Source of the DNA: Camelus dromedarius
Taxonomy: Eukaryota
Length of the DNA stretch: 62,000 nucleotides
Direction of reading: 5' to 3'
NCBI RefSeq assembly: GCF_036321535.1
Contig: NC_087437.1
Location: forward strand, 9,052,001-9,114,000
Below the pieces are notes generated by a model. That model saw only the letters and a program-made list of their open reading frames with translations. It searched no databases and had not been told where the DNA came from. Positions 38,400 through 50,689 of this stretch are shown here, piece by piece; position 1 is the first letter of the stretch; every line of letters begins with the position of its first letter. The position numbers and the translations under genes were made by a program.

Positions 38400-38560
38400 T
38401 GAGATTCAGGCCTAGGAATGCACAGTTTTAACAAATTCTTTGGGTGCAGTTTATGCATTCTAAATTTTGAGAACCGCTTATCCAGCCCAACTCTCTCATT
38501 TGAGAAAGAAAATAAGAGCTAGAGAGGTTAAATGACTTTCCTAAGAACACAGAGTTACAT
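38400..38560. mobile_element. MER5A fragment followed by a MIR fragment
   Basis: 'ggcctaggaatgcacagttttaacaaattctttgggtg...taaattttgagaaccgct', then 'agagctagagaggttaaatgactttcctaagaacacagag'. Confidence 0.65.
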
Positions 38561-38605
38561 ACACCATTTCCAGCCTCTCTTAAGGAGTGTGTTACTGTTG
38601 AATTG

Positions 38606-38903
38606 TAGGCACACGTTGGAGATAAATGCGGGTTTGTTTCCAGATCATGGCAGTAAAGTAAGTATCATAATAAAGTGAGTCACATGAATTTTTTGTCTTC
38701 CTAGCACACGGAAAGATATGTTTACATCATGCTGTAGTCTATTAAGTGTGAGATTATCATTGCATCTGACAAAACAACATCCACCCCTTAATTCAAAAAT
38801 ATGTCATTGCTAAAAATGCTAACCTGGCAGGGTTGCCACAAATCTTCAATTTGTTTAAAAAAACCACAGTATCATCAAAGCACAACCAAATGAGGTATGC
38901 CTA
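38606..38903 (-). mobile_element. Internally deleted Tigger1 (TcMar) element
   Basis: Both ends are present ('taggcacacgttggagataaatgcgggtttgtttccagatc' and 'gcagggttgccacaaatcttcaatttgt...aaatgaggtatgccta'), with imperfect inverted termini. Confidence 0.85.
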
Positions 38904-41126
38904 TGTCTGCATGGAGAACAAGGTTCTTTGTAATTCCTATCATAGAGATACTAAAGAGTCAGCTCAGGGAAGACTTGCAAGAATTGCAAACTCAAGTATC
39001 TACAGGGGCAAAGAGGTGGTATTATGAGGGTGGTAGATCTGGTGGTAGATCCGGATCCAGAATGCTTGGCCTGGGGAATAAGGCCGAGGCCATGGTCACT
39101 AGAATAAACAGGTCACACAATGATGGAGAAATAGAAGATCCCATGGAAGTCATAAAGTGGTCCAGAGATCTTGGTCCAAAGATGTGCTGGAGGGCAGGAA
39201 TATTTGTTGAACATTTACTGCTTAAAAGCCAAGACTGGGCAAAAGAAGTCAGATACCAGGATCTCCAGGAAGCAGCAAAAACTGGGCAAATGACACACAC
39301 TGACTTGTTTTCTCTAGATTTTCAGGTGGACAAACATTCAGGTTTTTCCCTGTCTCTTCGAGTATCTACACCCACACCTATATCCACACGCACGGACATA
39401 TAAATAATCAAACATACATGCTTATACTAATAAGAGCCTTCATAACCATGAGTATGCAGACACAATTTCTTTAGAATTTATCATTCTCTGAACAGTCTTT
39501 GTCATTTCTGTAGATAATGAAGTCCATCAAGGGCTGCTTGTTCTTCCCAACGGATGTTAAGTTCTCCAAAAATGGTTCCCAGAATCCCTGCCAACTCTTG
39601 TTCATGAACTTTCCAATAAACAGCCTGCCCTTTGAAGAAATTTTTAATTTCCATTTTTCAGTGGCCCCTTATGATAGGAATAAACAACCTGCCCTGTCAA
39701 GTCCTGCTGGATCAGAAGCCAATTCTCAGCTCCTACTCATTTCTATGCAAGAGAAGGCAAAATAGTTTTGAATTCTGATGAAGAGCCTCCCCTTGACTTA
39801 TCTGAGTACTTTTAAATGCAGCAGAAACAACCATCCCTTTAAAAAAAAAAGAAAGTTCCAAGGTAAATAGCCAGAGGAACAGAGGCAAAAATAAGACCTG
39901 CTTTGTCATTTCTGGGATATTGAATAAAGTGCATTTAAAAAGGATCCAAACCAGCTAAAAAGAGATACTGCGGCTGCTATTGACATCTCTGCTGTCGTGA
40001 GCCCCTCACTGGCCTCTGCCTGTCAGGGGCACTGAGATGCGTCCACATGCCCCTTTTTGTCTCTCTGCCGTTGCTGACTGCTAATTTCCTGGGTATTAAT
40101 TACAAAGCTCAGTCCTTCCCCTACTGCGTCTGAAATAGAGAGTGAGTGCTAACTTTAGAACAAAGGCTGTCAAATTCCGCCATCCACTCAGTACATTTAA
40201 GGCCAAGGACATGCACAGCGAACAGACACATTCCTCCCCTTTCAGGAAAATTTCTGTGAAATTAGAATGACTCAAACATTCCCTGTAGGTCCTTAAAATA
40301 AAAGGTGACTGTTTAAGGCATTCCATTTTTGAATGGCCCTAATTTTTTTTTTCTGGGAGATCTAGAAAGAGGGGTAAAATTATCTCAGCTCCTTGAGCAC
40401 AAATAAATGTCCTGACCATCTTTGTCTACGTGATTACACCATTGTCTAAGTCATATTCTGGCCTCTGATGCCCAACTATATGCATTGCCTTGGAGTTATT
40501 TTCCAAGAAGAGAGAAGAAGAAAAAGAATTTTGAGATAACAACCTTTTTCACTTTTGATCTCAGGGACAAACTGCACACTCTGGGGGTGGCCAGCACGTT
40601 TCAGCCACAAGAGTCACATTGCAGTCCACCCTGATACTTCCTTAACAAGAGTTTGTTTCATGCTTAGCAATTCCCATGTGGAACAGAAAGGAGAGGCAAA
40701 GGAAGACAGACGCAGTCCACTATCCTAGCTGATGTGGCAGGTGGCAGGGGTACAGAGTCCACACTAACCACAAACATGGTTTGACTCAGGCATCCTGTCA
40801 GGGGCTTCCTTTAAAGCGAACTACATCTTCCATTTGAAACATGTCCCAGGCAATTACGGTAAAGTCAATGGTGGTGGGGTGGGGCTGGGAACAAGTCAAA
40901 ACTGAAACTTAGGTGCCTGCATCCACTTCTCAGGAACTGAAACTTCCCTTAGGGAAGAGTATTAAAACTCTGTGAAGTTTAAAAAAAAAATTCAAAACCT
41001 TACAAAACCAGACTAAAACTTGAAAATCAATCTCAGTATCGTTCAGTGACTGTGACTCAGTCTGAACAGACAGTAACCCTCTCTTAGAGCCTCCACTTCC
41101 TCATCAGTAAGATGAAAGACACCAGT

Positions 41127-41285
41127 GGGGCGGGTACAGCTCAGTGGTAGAGCGCATGCTCAGCATGCGTGAGGTCCTGGGTTCAATCCCCAGTATCTCC
41201 ATTAAAAATAAATGAATAAATAAACCTAACTACCTCCCCACACACACAAAAAATTTTCTTTTAATAAAATAAATTAAAAAGAAAA
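41127..41285 (+). mobile_element. tRNA-Ala-derived SINE (vic-1 type) inserted in a MIR
   Basis: 'ggggcgggtacagctcagtggtagagcgcatgctcagcatgcgtgaggtcctgggttcaatccccagtatctcca' plus tail. The upstream MIR core is 'gagcctccacttcctcatcagtaagatg'. Confidence 0.95.
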
Positions 41286-41959
41286 ATGATGAGAGGCCTG
41301 GACTGGACCAATAGTTCCCAATCTCTCTAAATTTCTAGGGATACGTCATGTTTCAAAAGCCTAATGTAAATTGTCTTTACATCTGAATAAAAACACCTCT
41401 CTAGCTAATCATCCTTTCTTGCTTTTAGCTGGGTTTAAATCTATTCTGAAAGATAAGTGTGATAATTCTTTGTTGGTCAGAAGGCAAAGATCAGCTTGAA
41501 TCCCCCTGACTTACTGAGACCTGCGGGAAATGTCTCCATCTCTGCGTGCCCGCCCACACCGGGCAAGGTCCCACACCTCTGTCACCGTCCCACCATTTGA
41601 GCATGACTTGACACTCTGTCCATTAAGTCCTCCATACCAAATGGTTTACGAATGATGATGACATGTGATGACATGTTGGCCAATCTTCTACCATCTCCTG
41701 GCAGCCGTCTTCTCTCTTCTCCTCCCTCTCTCTGATTCCCTCCTGAACCAAAATATGTGATATTTAAAGCCATTTAGCTATTACTTTTTGAAAGCATATG
41801 ATGTCCTTGAGTTCTCATTTTCTACTCTACATAACTTGTTTTCCCTTTTCACACTAATATAAGAGTTGTTAAAATACCAGCTCTCCACCTCCTAACATGT
41901 ATATCTTTGATGAACAAGAATTCTTTATGTCATTTGATAAACAAAAATAATAAAACAAA

Positions 41960-42047
41960 TGTATTAGTCAGGGCTCTCCAGACTAGTTTGACCACATGTC
42001 TGGTTACCGTGGCCCAGCCAAGCTAGCACATAGATTTAACCATCATG
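41960..42047 (-). mobile_element. MLT2 LTR reduced to its two termini
   Basis: 'tgtattagtcagggctctccaga' is joined to 'gtttgaccacatgtctggttaccgtggcccagccaagctagcacatagatttaaccatca'. Both parts match the reverse-complemented ends of the MLT2 at 51791-52321. Confidence 0.75.
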
Positions 42048-42620
42048 ATGAACTATTACTCATGGTTGAATGCAATTTGACCCATCAATTCTTTCAAAAA
42101 TATGAATTCTAGATGATGAACAGTTTGAAGATTATGGATGAAGAGGTTTTCTCAGGTCTTCCCGAAATCCAAGGGAAGAGAGAAATCCTGACTCAGCTGA
42201 CTTTGTCTGTTGAGTGGTTTGATGGTATTAAGATTTTCTCTTAACCTTTTAAGTATCTTTTGAAAAGACTATATCAAAGTCTTCTACTTCTATCCCCTGG
42301 ACTTACAGTGATAATGATCTGTTTTTTCTGATACTCTCTGAGAGCTACTTTTCCCTCGCTTCTCTCACCTTTTTATCTATTTTCGTTTTTATTGGTTTAT
42401 TTTTGCTGAGATATTCTTAGAACCAAAAAAAAAAAAAAAAAGGGAGAGAAATGCTAATTGCCCCAAAGCTTATCTCTGAGGATACTTTAAGGACAGGCAA
42501 ATATGAAAAAAAAACTTTTAAGCATCAAGGAATGAAAAACAAGTCGAAATAGAAATATTATGCAGTAATTGTTTATGGATTTTCCTTGAAGGGACCTAAG
42601 GAAGTTTTAAAGTCACTTTG

Positions 42621-43347
42621 TATTTTTTTTTATTGAAGTATAGTTGGTTTACAGTGTTGTGTTAGTTGCTGGTGTACAGCATAGTGATTCAGTTATACAT
42701 GTGTGTGTGTGTGTGTGTATTTTACATATATATATATATATACACATTCCTTCTTATGTTCTTTTTCAGTAGAAGCTATCACAAGTTATTGAATATAGCT
42801 CCTTGTGCTATACAGCGGGACCTTGTTGTCTAGCTACAATATAAATAGTAGTTAGGATCTGCAAATCTTGAACTCCCAAATTATCCCTCCACCCCACCCC
42901 CGGCCCCTTTCCCCCCTGGTAACCATAAGCTTGTTCTCTATGTCTGTGAGTCTGTTTCTGTTTTGTAAATAAGTTCATTTGTCTCATTTTTTTCTAGATT
43001 CCACATATAGGTGATATCCTATGGTATGTTTCTTTCTCTTCCTGGCTTACTTCACTTAATGACAATCTCCAGGCCCATCCACATTGCTGAAAAGGCATTA
43101 TTTTATTTTTTATGGCTGAGTAATATTCCACTGTATATATATGTACATACTACAACTTCTATATCCAGTCATCTGTTGATGGACATTTAGGTTGCTCTTC
43201 CATGACTTGACTATTGTAAATAGTGCTGCTGTGAACATTGGGGTGTATGTATCTTTTTGAATTAGAATCTCCTCTAGATTTCTTAAAAACTAAAAATAGC
43301 CTTACCATATGATCCAGCCATTCCACTTCTTGGCATATATGCAGAGG
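42621..43347 (-). mobile_element. 5'-truncated, 5'-inverted L1 with 18-bp TSD
   Basis: Perfect TSD agttttaaagtcactttg at 42603-42620 and 43348-43365. Minus-strand L1 3' end spans 42621-~43277 and a plus-strand L1 piece spans ~43278-43347. Confidence 0.95.
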
Positions 43348-44177
43348 AGTTTTAAAGTCACTTTGGAGTAAGTTCTCAGGCAGTCAACATTTTCTCCTCT
43401 TTCTCCTGCAAAAGTTTGCTTCCCAAACCCAGAAGATCAGGAACAAGTGGAGTGACTTCTTCCCATATCCTTCCTGGATCACGGTTCTCTCCCACCTCTC
43501 ATCACATCTCTATCTCTGAAAAGTTTGCCACACAGAAGAATTTGTCTTGAAATGGATAAGTGGTTGTAAGTGTTTTATTTTGTCATATTATATTTGTTTT
43601 TTAGATATAGATAGAATTTAGTGGAGATACACCTAGATATACATTTAAATTAGATAAAAGCATGAACCTCTGTCTCCCACAACACAACAGCCGCCTCTAA
43701 GATACGTTCTTGAGAAAAGAAAAAGCCCATGCATATTCCGGAGCCCCATTTGAAAATCAATGTTCATCTTTTAAAATAATTTTTAGAATTAATGTGATTT
43801 AATGGGGATAAAAATGGAAAAATAATTAAACACTCTCCTTATTTGCATTCTTCAGACCCATCCCTGATTAAATCAAACTAGTAGGGTGGTTTTTTTTTCT
43901 TTCTTTCCATTGATGGCACTTTTTTGTGAAGTGGTAATTAAGTCTCAGTCGTGATGAGTGACCCACCAGGGTCATAGGAAAGCCATTTCCCAAGAAACAG
44001 CTCTCATCCAGACTAATAGGCAGTTGTTTGTGAAATGAGGATTTTCCTGCAAAGGCACAAAGATTGTGTAATATCAGAACATATACTCATGAGCTCCAAA
44101 AGGTAAAATTGAGCCTGAATTTCCCTCTGGAAACTGCTGAAATCCAGCCTTTACTTCCCTGGTGTGTGTGTGTGCAT

Positions 44178-44178
<1 letters not shown>

Positions 44179-44232
<54 letters not shown>
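44179..44232 (+). repeat. (GT)27 microsatellite, preceded by a shorter GT run from 44162
   Basis: Read directly. Confidence 0.97.
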
Positions 44233-44233
<1 letters not shown>

Positions 44234-44539
44234 GGGACTGAAAGGGAAAGAATCCAAAAACTCTGTAAACTTGCAGATACACAATGTGCAAATCACTGAA
44301 CTCAGTGACAAAGTGTTGGATGGAGTTGGCAACAAGCCGGAGCTGAAAGTAATGGTGTGGACAGCCTCACCCCATTAGTTTCAAAGCAATTGATTCTGTT
44401 GTAGCCATCATACCACTCTCCATTTAAAAAGGGAAAAAAATGGTGGTGGTTTATCATCTCTCCCTTCTGATAGATAGAGACAGTGAGGGAGAAGTGAACT
44501 AAATACAAGGTGTTGGTCTTGTCAGTCTTTGCGTCTGAC

Positions 44540-44790
44540 CCAGTGATAGGATGACGTCAGATCAGCTCAGCTCCGCTGCCGACGTTCACACGTGCTTCCT
44601 GTGGGAGGGAGTTACTGGTCTGTGCTTGTCCAAAATAGCTTCCGAGCCTTAGACCAGGTTGAAGGAAGAAGAGGTACTTCCCGAAGTCTATCATTCCTCA
44701 ATGCTTGAATATCATTTTTCACGTGATCGTAAGATACCAGGATGACTCTTTTAGGGTCTGGCACCATTACCACTGTCTTAAGGTATGTGA
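44540..44790 (+). promoter_or_regulatory. Candidate promoter / first non-coding exon
   Basis: Full CRE TGACGTCA at 44552-44559, E-boxes CACGTG at 44589-44594 and TCACGTGA at 44719-44726, locally retained CpGs in unique sequence, and a donor AAG|GTATGT at 44782/44783. Confidence 0.45.
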
Positions 44791-45307
44791 TTTTTGCTGT
44801 TATTGTATATCAGCTGGAAAGAGATAGTACTGATTAACTTATATTGTCCTATAGAACAGATGCTTAAAAAAAAAAGCTGAAGAAAGTTCAAGAAAATTCT
44901 GTACTTAACGCCAAATATAGTTACTCAAACATACCAGACAAGTTTTTTGTTCAATGTTGTTTTGCCAACACTGGTTTAAAACCATAGAAACAAAAAAGTC
45001 CACCCCAGAAGACAGTATATCAGAAGGGAAAGTTAAAAGGGGGAATTAAAAACAAGGAGGGTCATTAACAACAAATGAACCAATTACATGGAGACTATTA
45101 AAGAACTTTTTTTTTAAAAAAAGAACAAGGAGGGTCAGATATCTTGTGCAAGATTATAGTTCCATGGTATTTGTTTAAGCTATTTTCTCTGTGCTGGTTG
45201 GTTTGGTTGCTGGACAAGAAAGGAAAAGTTAGACATGGTTAGAAAGGACCTTGGGGCAGTGTTTCCAGCTGGCTAGGTAATCACCAGTTTATGTCTCTGG
45301 TTTAACA

Positions 45308-45500
45308 CAGTGGTTCTCAAACTTCACTGCACACTGGAATCTTTGTGTGAAAATTTAAACCTTGGAGCTTTAAAACATTCTGGTGGCTGTGTCCCACTGT
45401 CAGAGATTTGGGCTTAAATCTTCTGGGTTTAGGGCCGGGTGATCGGGACTTTTTAAAGTTCCAAAATGATTCCAGTGGGGAACCAGAATTCAGAACCCTG
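45308..45500. mobile_element. MER5A hAT-Charlie MITE
   Basis: Inverted termini 'cagtggttctcaaactt' and 'aattcagaaccctg', about 190 bp long. Confidence 0.8.
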
Positions 45501-45839
45501 ATTCTCAGAAATGAGATGTCCTGTCATGTCTTACTATTCCATCAATGCAGACATTTGAGCTCAAATTGGCCTGGGTTTTAGGCAACTCCTGTTACCATTA
45601 ACGTATGAACAGGACCCATAGCTTGTCTTTCTATGTCACGGTGTTAATACCTTCAAACACCACCAAAGTCATATTTTTAGAGACAAAAGCTCAAGTAGAA
45701 ATTACTAGACATAGTTAATGGCTCATTCCATTGCTAAAATTAAGTAAGTTCTGAATATCAGTAACAAACTACATTTTAGCTTGTACTCTACCTCTCAAAG
45801 AAATTCAATTGACGTAAGAAAATTCAAACCAAGAATGTT

Positions 45840-46140
45840 AAAGGGTAAAAGAGTTATCAGAGTCATAAGAGGAATAAGTCCTCGAGATCTAATACAGCCT
45901 GGTGAATGTAGTTAACAATGTCTGTATTGTATATCTGGAAGTTGCTCAGAGAATAGATCTTAAATGTTCTCACCCTACAACAACTTAAAAAATGGTAATT
46001 CTGTGACATGAAGGATGTGTTAACGTTCTATTGTGGTAAACATTTCACAATACGTACATGTTCAAAACACCCCGTGGTACACCTTAAACTTACACAATGT
46101 CACGTATCAATCATAGCTCAATAAAGCCGGAAAAACCCAA
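45840..46140 (+). mobile_element. L1MA9/10-like 3' UTR end
   Basis: 'tagttaacaatg...agagaatagatcttaaatgttctcacc...gtacaccttaaacttacacaatgtcacgtatcaatcatagctcaataaagccggaaaaa'. Confidence 0.88.
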
Positions 46141-46364
46141 GAAGAACCTCTGGTTACACTTAAGAGTTGAGCTTTACTGTTTCTTTTTAAAAAAACATTT
46201 ATTTATGTAAGCAGTTATCTAAGTCAATAGAAGTAAGTTTATTGAAATGACTCTAGCACTTTTTTTATTTGAAACATTTATATAGACATTTAATGCATAA
46301 TGTATATTATACATAAATATATGTTCCACATATATAAGTATGCATGTACTTTTGTTATATTCAT

Positions 46365-46500
46365 AATAACTCCACAGAATAGAAAGGAAAACCACTTCCA
46401 TTTTACAAATGAAGAAAGTAAGTTTTCTGATGTGAAATGAGTCGCTCAAGTCTTATCCACAGTGCAGTGGAACCAGAATCAGAACATTTGTTTCCTCATT
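46365..46500 (-). mobile_element. MIR SINE fragment
   Basis: 'ccattttacaaatgaagaaagtaag...gaaatgagtcgctcaagtc...gcagtggaaccagaatcagaac'. Confidence 0.7.
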
Positions 46501-46730
46501 TCAAACTAATCCAGCCTCTCTCTGGGAGACTGGTATACCATGAGGATTCTGAGAGCCTTAGCTTTTCTGAGGAGTAGCTAATTAAAATTTGAAAGTTGTC
46601 CTTTACTTAAAATCAGAGCCAGTAGCAAAGTGGAAGGAGGAAACACATCTACATACAATTGAGCCGGAGGAAATATCCCTGTACAATGAGAACACTTATT
46701 GCTGAGTATCATTGTTAGGGAAGGAATTTT

Positions 46731-46839
46731 TTAAAAATATGAAAACGAATATATGTATGTATCTGCATGGCTGGGACAGTGTGCTGTACACCAGAAACTG
46801 ACACATTGTAACTGACTGTACTTAGATTAAAAAAAAAAA
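46731..46839 (+). mobile_element. Short L1 3' tail with 10-bp TSD
   Basis: TSD aaggaatttt at 46721-46730 and 46840-46849. The body is near-identical to 21338-21445. Confidence 0.92.
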
Positions 46840-47169
46840 AAGGAATTTTGAAATACAGTGACTGCCTTACATAGGAGTTAATTAGAGATATGTCAAAGGA
46901 GAAATAGAACAAAAAGTTCTTTCTCTTTTGTTGGTGACATATTCAGTTGCAAAAATACCTTTGTAAGTAATAATTCAGTGATTTTTTAGAGGTCATGTTT
47001 GAAGCCCACTTCTGAAAGCATGAAAAGTACTTTGATAAATGTGTTTTGTCACAAGAAGGTTAGGATTCTGAGACGTATACTTTGCCATTTTTGTTATTTC
47101 TAAGATTGTAATTCAGAAACTAGGATCACAGAGTTAAGTACTTACCTCTATATAATGATTCTTAAATAT

Positions 47170-47310
47170 TTTTACCTCATAGACCTCCTTGGGAAACTAA
47201 TAAAAACTATGGAAGTTCTCTCTAGAAAAATTATACCTCATCACAACATTTTGAGTATAATTCTGGGAAGGTCATAGACTCTCAGATCCCAGATTAAGAG
47301 CTGTGCTCAA
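47170..47310. mobile_element. hAT-Charlie-like MITE fragment
   Basis: 'catagacctccttgggaaactaataaaaactatggaagttctctctagaaaaa...cccagattaagagc'. Subfamily not assigned. Confidence 0.5.
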
Positions 47311-47470
47311 TTAAATGGGTATACGAATTCAACTAATGAAAAGTAATCCGTTTAAATATAGAAGCCTTTTCAGACAAGGTGACTTTAAGTGAAATCTTTG
47401 TGTAATGCAGAACTTTCTTGTTTATTTATTTTTTTACGATGATCCTTTATTTGTTTCTTTTCTTTTAATC

Positions 47471-47568
47471 TTTTTTTTTTTTTTTTTTTTTTTTGGAGGT
47501 ACTGGGGATTGAATCCAGGACCTTCTGCATGCTAAGCATGTGCTCTACCACTGAGCTATACTCAAACC
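47471..47568 (-). mobile_element. tRNA-Ala-derived SINE, short form (tRNA head + polyA only)
   Basis: T24 followed by 'ggaggtactggggattgaatccaggaccttctgcatgctaagcatgtgctctaccactgagctatac'. Confidence 0.93.
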
Positions 47569-48109
47569 TCTTTATTATTTAAATATAAACACTGCTGGCT
47601 AAGTGTTTATCACTCTGCATATCCAGGATTATAATCTAAGGTTTATGAATTGCTTATTTCCTCTTTGGACATATATATATATATAATATATATATATATT
47701 ATACAAAACTAGAACCAATGGACCAATGTTGTCTGGTAAGAGGGTAAACTAACAGCTGGGTTTGATAAAATTACCAATAAAGAGAACAAATACATACATT
47801 TTACTCAATTATCCTAAAAAAATGAACAAATCAAAGACTCTTCTCACAAGAGCTAAAGTTCAATGAGTTATTGAGAGAATTCTCCAAATCAGTTTTAATA
47901 GACATTTTGGTTCAATTTAATTTCTTTCTTACTGATCTCTAACTAATATCACTTACTGAATTTAATTTAACATTATTCTTAAACCCACTTGAAGATGTAC
48001 TCTCAAATCACCATAAGCTGTCACAATTCTTAGTGTTTGATCATCCCCAGAATTTGCTGGGGAAGGTTTAACATTTCAGAACTCAGTATCAAAAACTAGC
48101 GCCTGGGTA

Positions 48110-49415
48110 ACTTTCAGTTTCAGCTCTGCCCTGCAAAGAGCTTGAAATTTTGTCACTTGAATCCTTATAACAAGAAAAAGTTTGACAAGTTGAAACTCAG
48201 TGATTATTTTTGGACCCACCAGAGAACTCAAGCTGCAGGGCACAGCATCACCCCAAACCTGGAAGACAGGCCTGTCAGAGACAGAACACGTGCAATCTGC
48301 TTACCTGGACCAGAAGCTACTGGAGACTCAAACTGGTAAGAGTGCTTAAATGGTCATTTTGATGAATTGCTGGCGATGGAGTGTGGCCTAGCATAAGAGT
48401 GAAGTGAGAAATTCCTGGGACCACAGCCTTAGGGGATCTGCCACCCTAGCATCCCACAGTAAAAATCAAAGAAAGATTCTTGTGGCCCTGCCAAGGGCAA
48501 GGGTCAGGCTTTAAGGAAACAGATTAAGGAGTACTACAGACAGAGAGGGATGGAGGGGCCCTGGGGCAATTCGAGCAAAAATAAACAGAGACATAAAGTC
48601 GTACTGGATCATACCCCAAAGTATAAAGTAAATATCCAGGAGTCCATTCTAATGTAAATGACTGATTGAATAAATCATGAATAATGGACTAATCTCTCTC
48701 ACAAAAGGATTCCAAGTAATGCCTGTAGATAACTCACTCACAAGGCATTGGCACATGTCACTCACCTCCCTCTTCTTAGTGTGAGCTGCATGCAGGGGCT
48801 TCCTTCTAGGAAGCATGGGGTGGAGAACAGGAAAGAAGAGTAACTTACAGCGGAGAAGCCCCGTGAACGGTTCCTCAGTCAGGTGATCGCGGTTGACATC
48901 AGTGATGACAAGTCATGTAAACTGTAGGTGCCCTTCACGTGATGTGATTGGAATAGACAGCCTTTGTGGTCTTTCTTCCAAGAACCCATCATTCAAGTCT
49001 AAACATGAGAAGACACCAGACAAACCCCAACTGAGGGACATTCTACAAAACACTAGACCGGCACTCCTCAAAACTTTCAAGATCATCAAAAAACATGTAA
49101 GTCTGAGAAGCTGTCACTCTCTAGAGAAGCCTAAGGAGACATGACAACTAAATATAACGTGATGTCCTAGTTAGAATCTGGGACAAAAAAAAAAAAAATG
49201 ACATTATGCAAAAACTACGAAAATCTGGGTAGAATACACATTTTAGTTCATGATATTATATCAAATGGTTCATTAGTTGTGACAAATAGATCGTGCTATT
49301 ATAAGATGTTAATAGTGGGAGAAACTGGGTGTAGGGTGTATGAGAATTCTGTACTTTTTTTTTGCAGTTTTTCTATAAATCTAAAACTATTCTAAAATAA
49401 AAAGTTGATTTTAAA
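48110..49415 (+). mobile_element. L1MC-type element: 5' UTR-like piece (~48110-48540) next to a 3' UTR (~48570-49415)
   Basis: The 3' part has 'gtaacttacagcggagaagcc...gggacattctacaaaacactagacc...aaatctaaaactattctaaaataaaaag' (L1MC3-like, confident). The 5' part 'actttcagtttcagctctg...acaagaaaaagtttgacaagttgaaa' resembles an L1MC 5' end (less certain). Confidence 0.8.
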
Positions 49416-50689
49416 AACTTGCAGTGTTTATCATTTGTCAAATCCTATGTTTCAAAGGTATCGATTGCCTATACCCTGCTAGAATGTTCTATCTACAAAA
49501 AGATTTACTTTCCACTTACTCCTTTGCACCCCATTTTTCTCTTTATCAGTCTCTGTTTATATGTGTCTATTATATATAATTTACTTTATTTACAACAATA
49601 TATTTATAGCGCTCTCTGACTATCATCATATAAATTGGTAATTTCTCAGTTTGCTTTGCTCTCTGACGCGTCTTTAGACAGAGATATACCATTTTAATTA
49701 TTTCTCACTCTTTTGGGAGAAAAACTACATTTTTGTTCTGACAACTGTGGATTAGACTCAGACTGCTTTTTCTTAAAGAGAGCTAGTTTAAATCCACCAG
49801 ATTAACTTTTAACAACACATGGACAAATAAGTAAAACTGAGCTATAAGTAGTTTTAATATACAGATGCATCATGTTTGATCTGTAAATAATCAACAGAAG
49901 TAAATTTGATACTAGAGATGCATCAGCCTTGCTGGTTTCCCGTACTCTCTGAATTTGAGTCTGCAGTCTAGTGGGTTGTGAAGACAGGATGAGATTCAGA
50001 GCGCCTGCCTCTTAGAGCACATTTACCACTGCACCTGAACGCAAACACAGCAGAATCATAAATTGGCAAATTGCATGTTCAGACGCCAAACAGCAAGTCC
50101 AGACTGATATTTACACCTGCAATTACAAACCAAAGCACACAGTATATTGCATGTTCCAAAGAGATATGAGACCACATTTTGCAGGCACAGCCTGGCTGCT
50201 GGAAATCATGGCCTTCACTGATACAATGAGTTTTCTTGCCTATAATCATGAGTGCAGGGACGTGACCATTTTAGAGTTATGATTTGGAGGAAAGCCTTCC
50301 ATTACATGTTTCAGCTTCAAGGCTACTTCTGCAAAGGAGATGGATTAATCACTGTAACTGGAATAACTAAGAGGATAATTTGTATTCACTGGTGATAGAA
50401 ATTTTGCCATTTTGGATCTCTGAAAGTCTCAGAGCAATTTTTTACAGTTTATTTCAATATGGACAAGAGAAGAAAAAAGGAGAGAAGTGAGTAAAACATT
50501 TACTGGGTGAAATTCTATCTCATGATGGGAATTGCATGGACTCTTAAATCACACAGACTTTCTGGCTGCAGAAATATGGAAGGAGAAAATAAAGGAAAAG
50601 GGGGGAAAGGAAAAGGAGGAAAACAAGATATAAATAAGAACTACACCCCTCAAGAAGACTTAGCTAGGGAAAAGAGGAGACATTGAAGT

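Noticed and set aside
38897..39403. Longest ORF in the track (168 aa)
   Set aside because: The ATG lies in the Tigger1 terminal repeat. I recognise no domain and see no splice-site or Kozak support, so it is consistent with a chance ORF.
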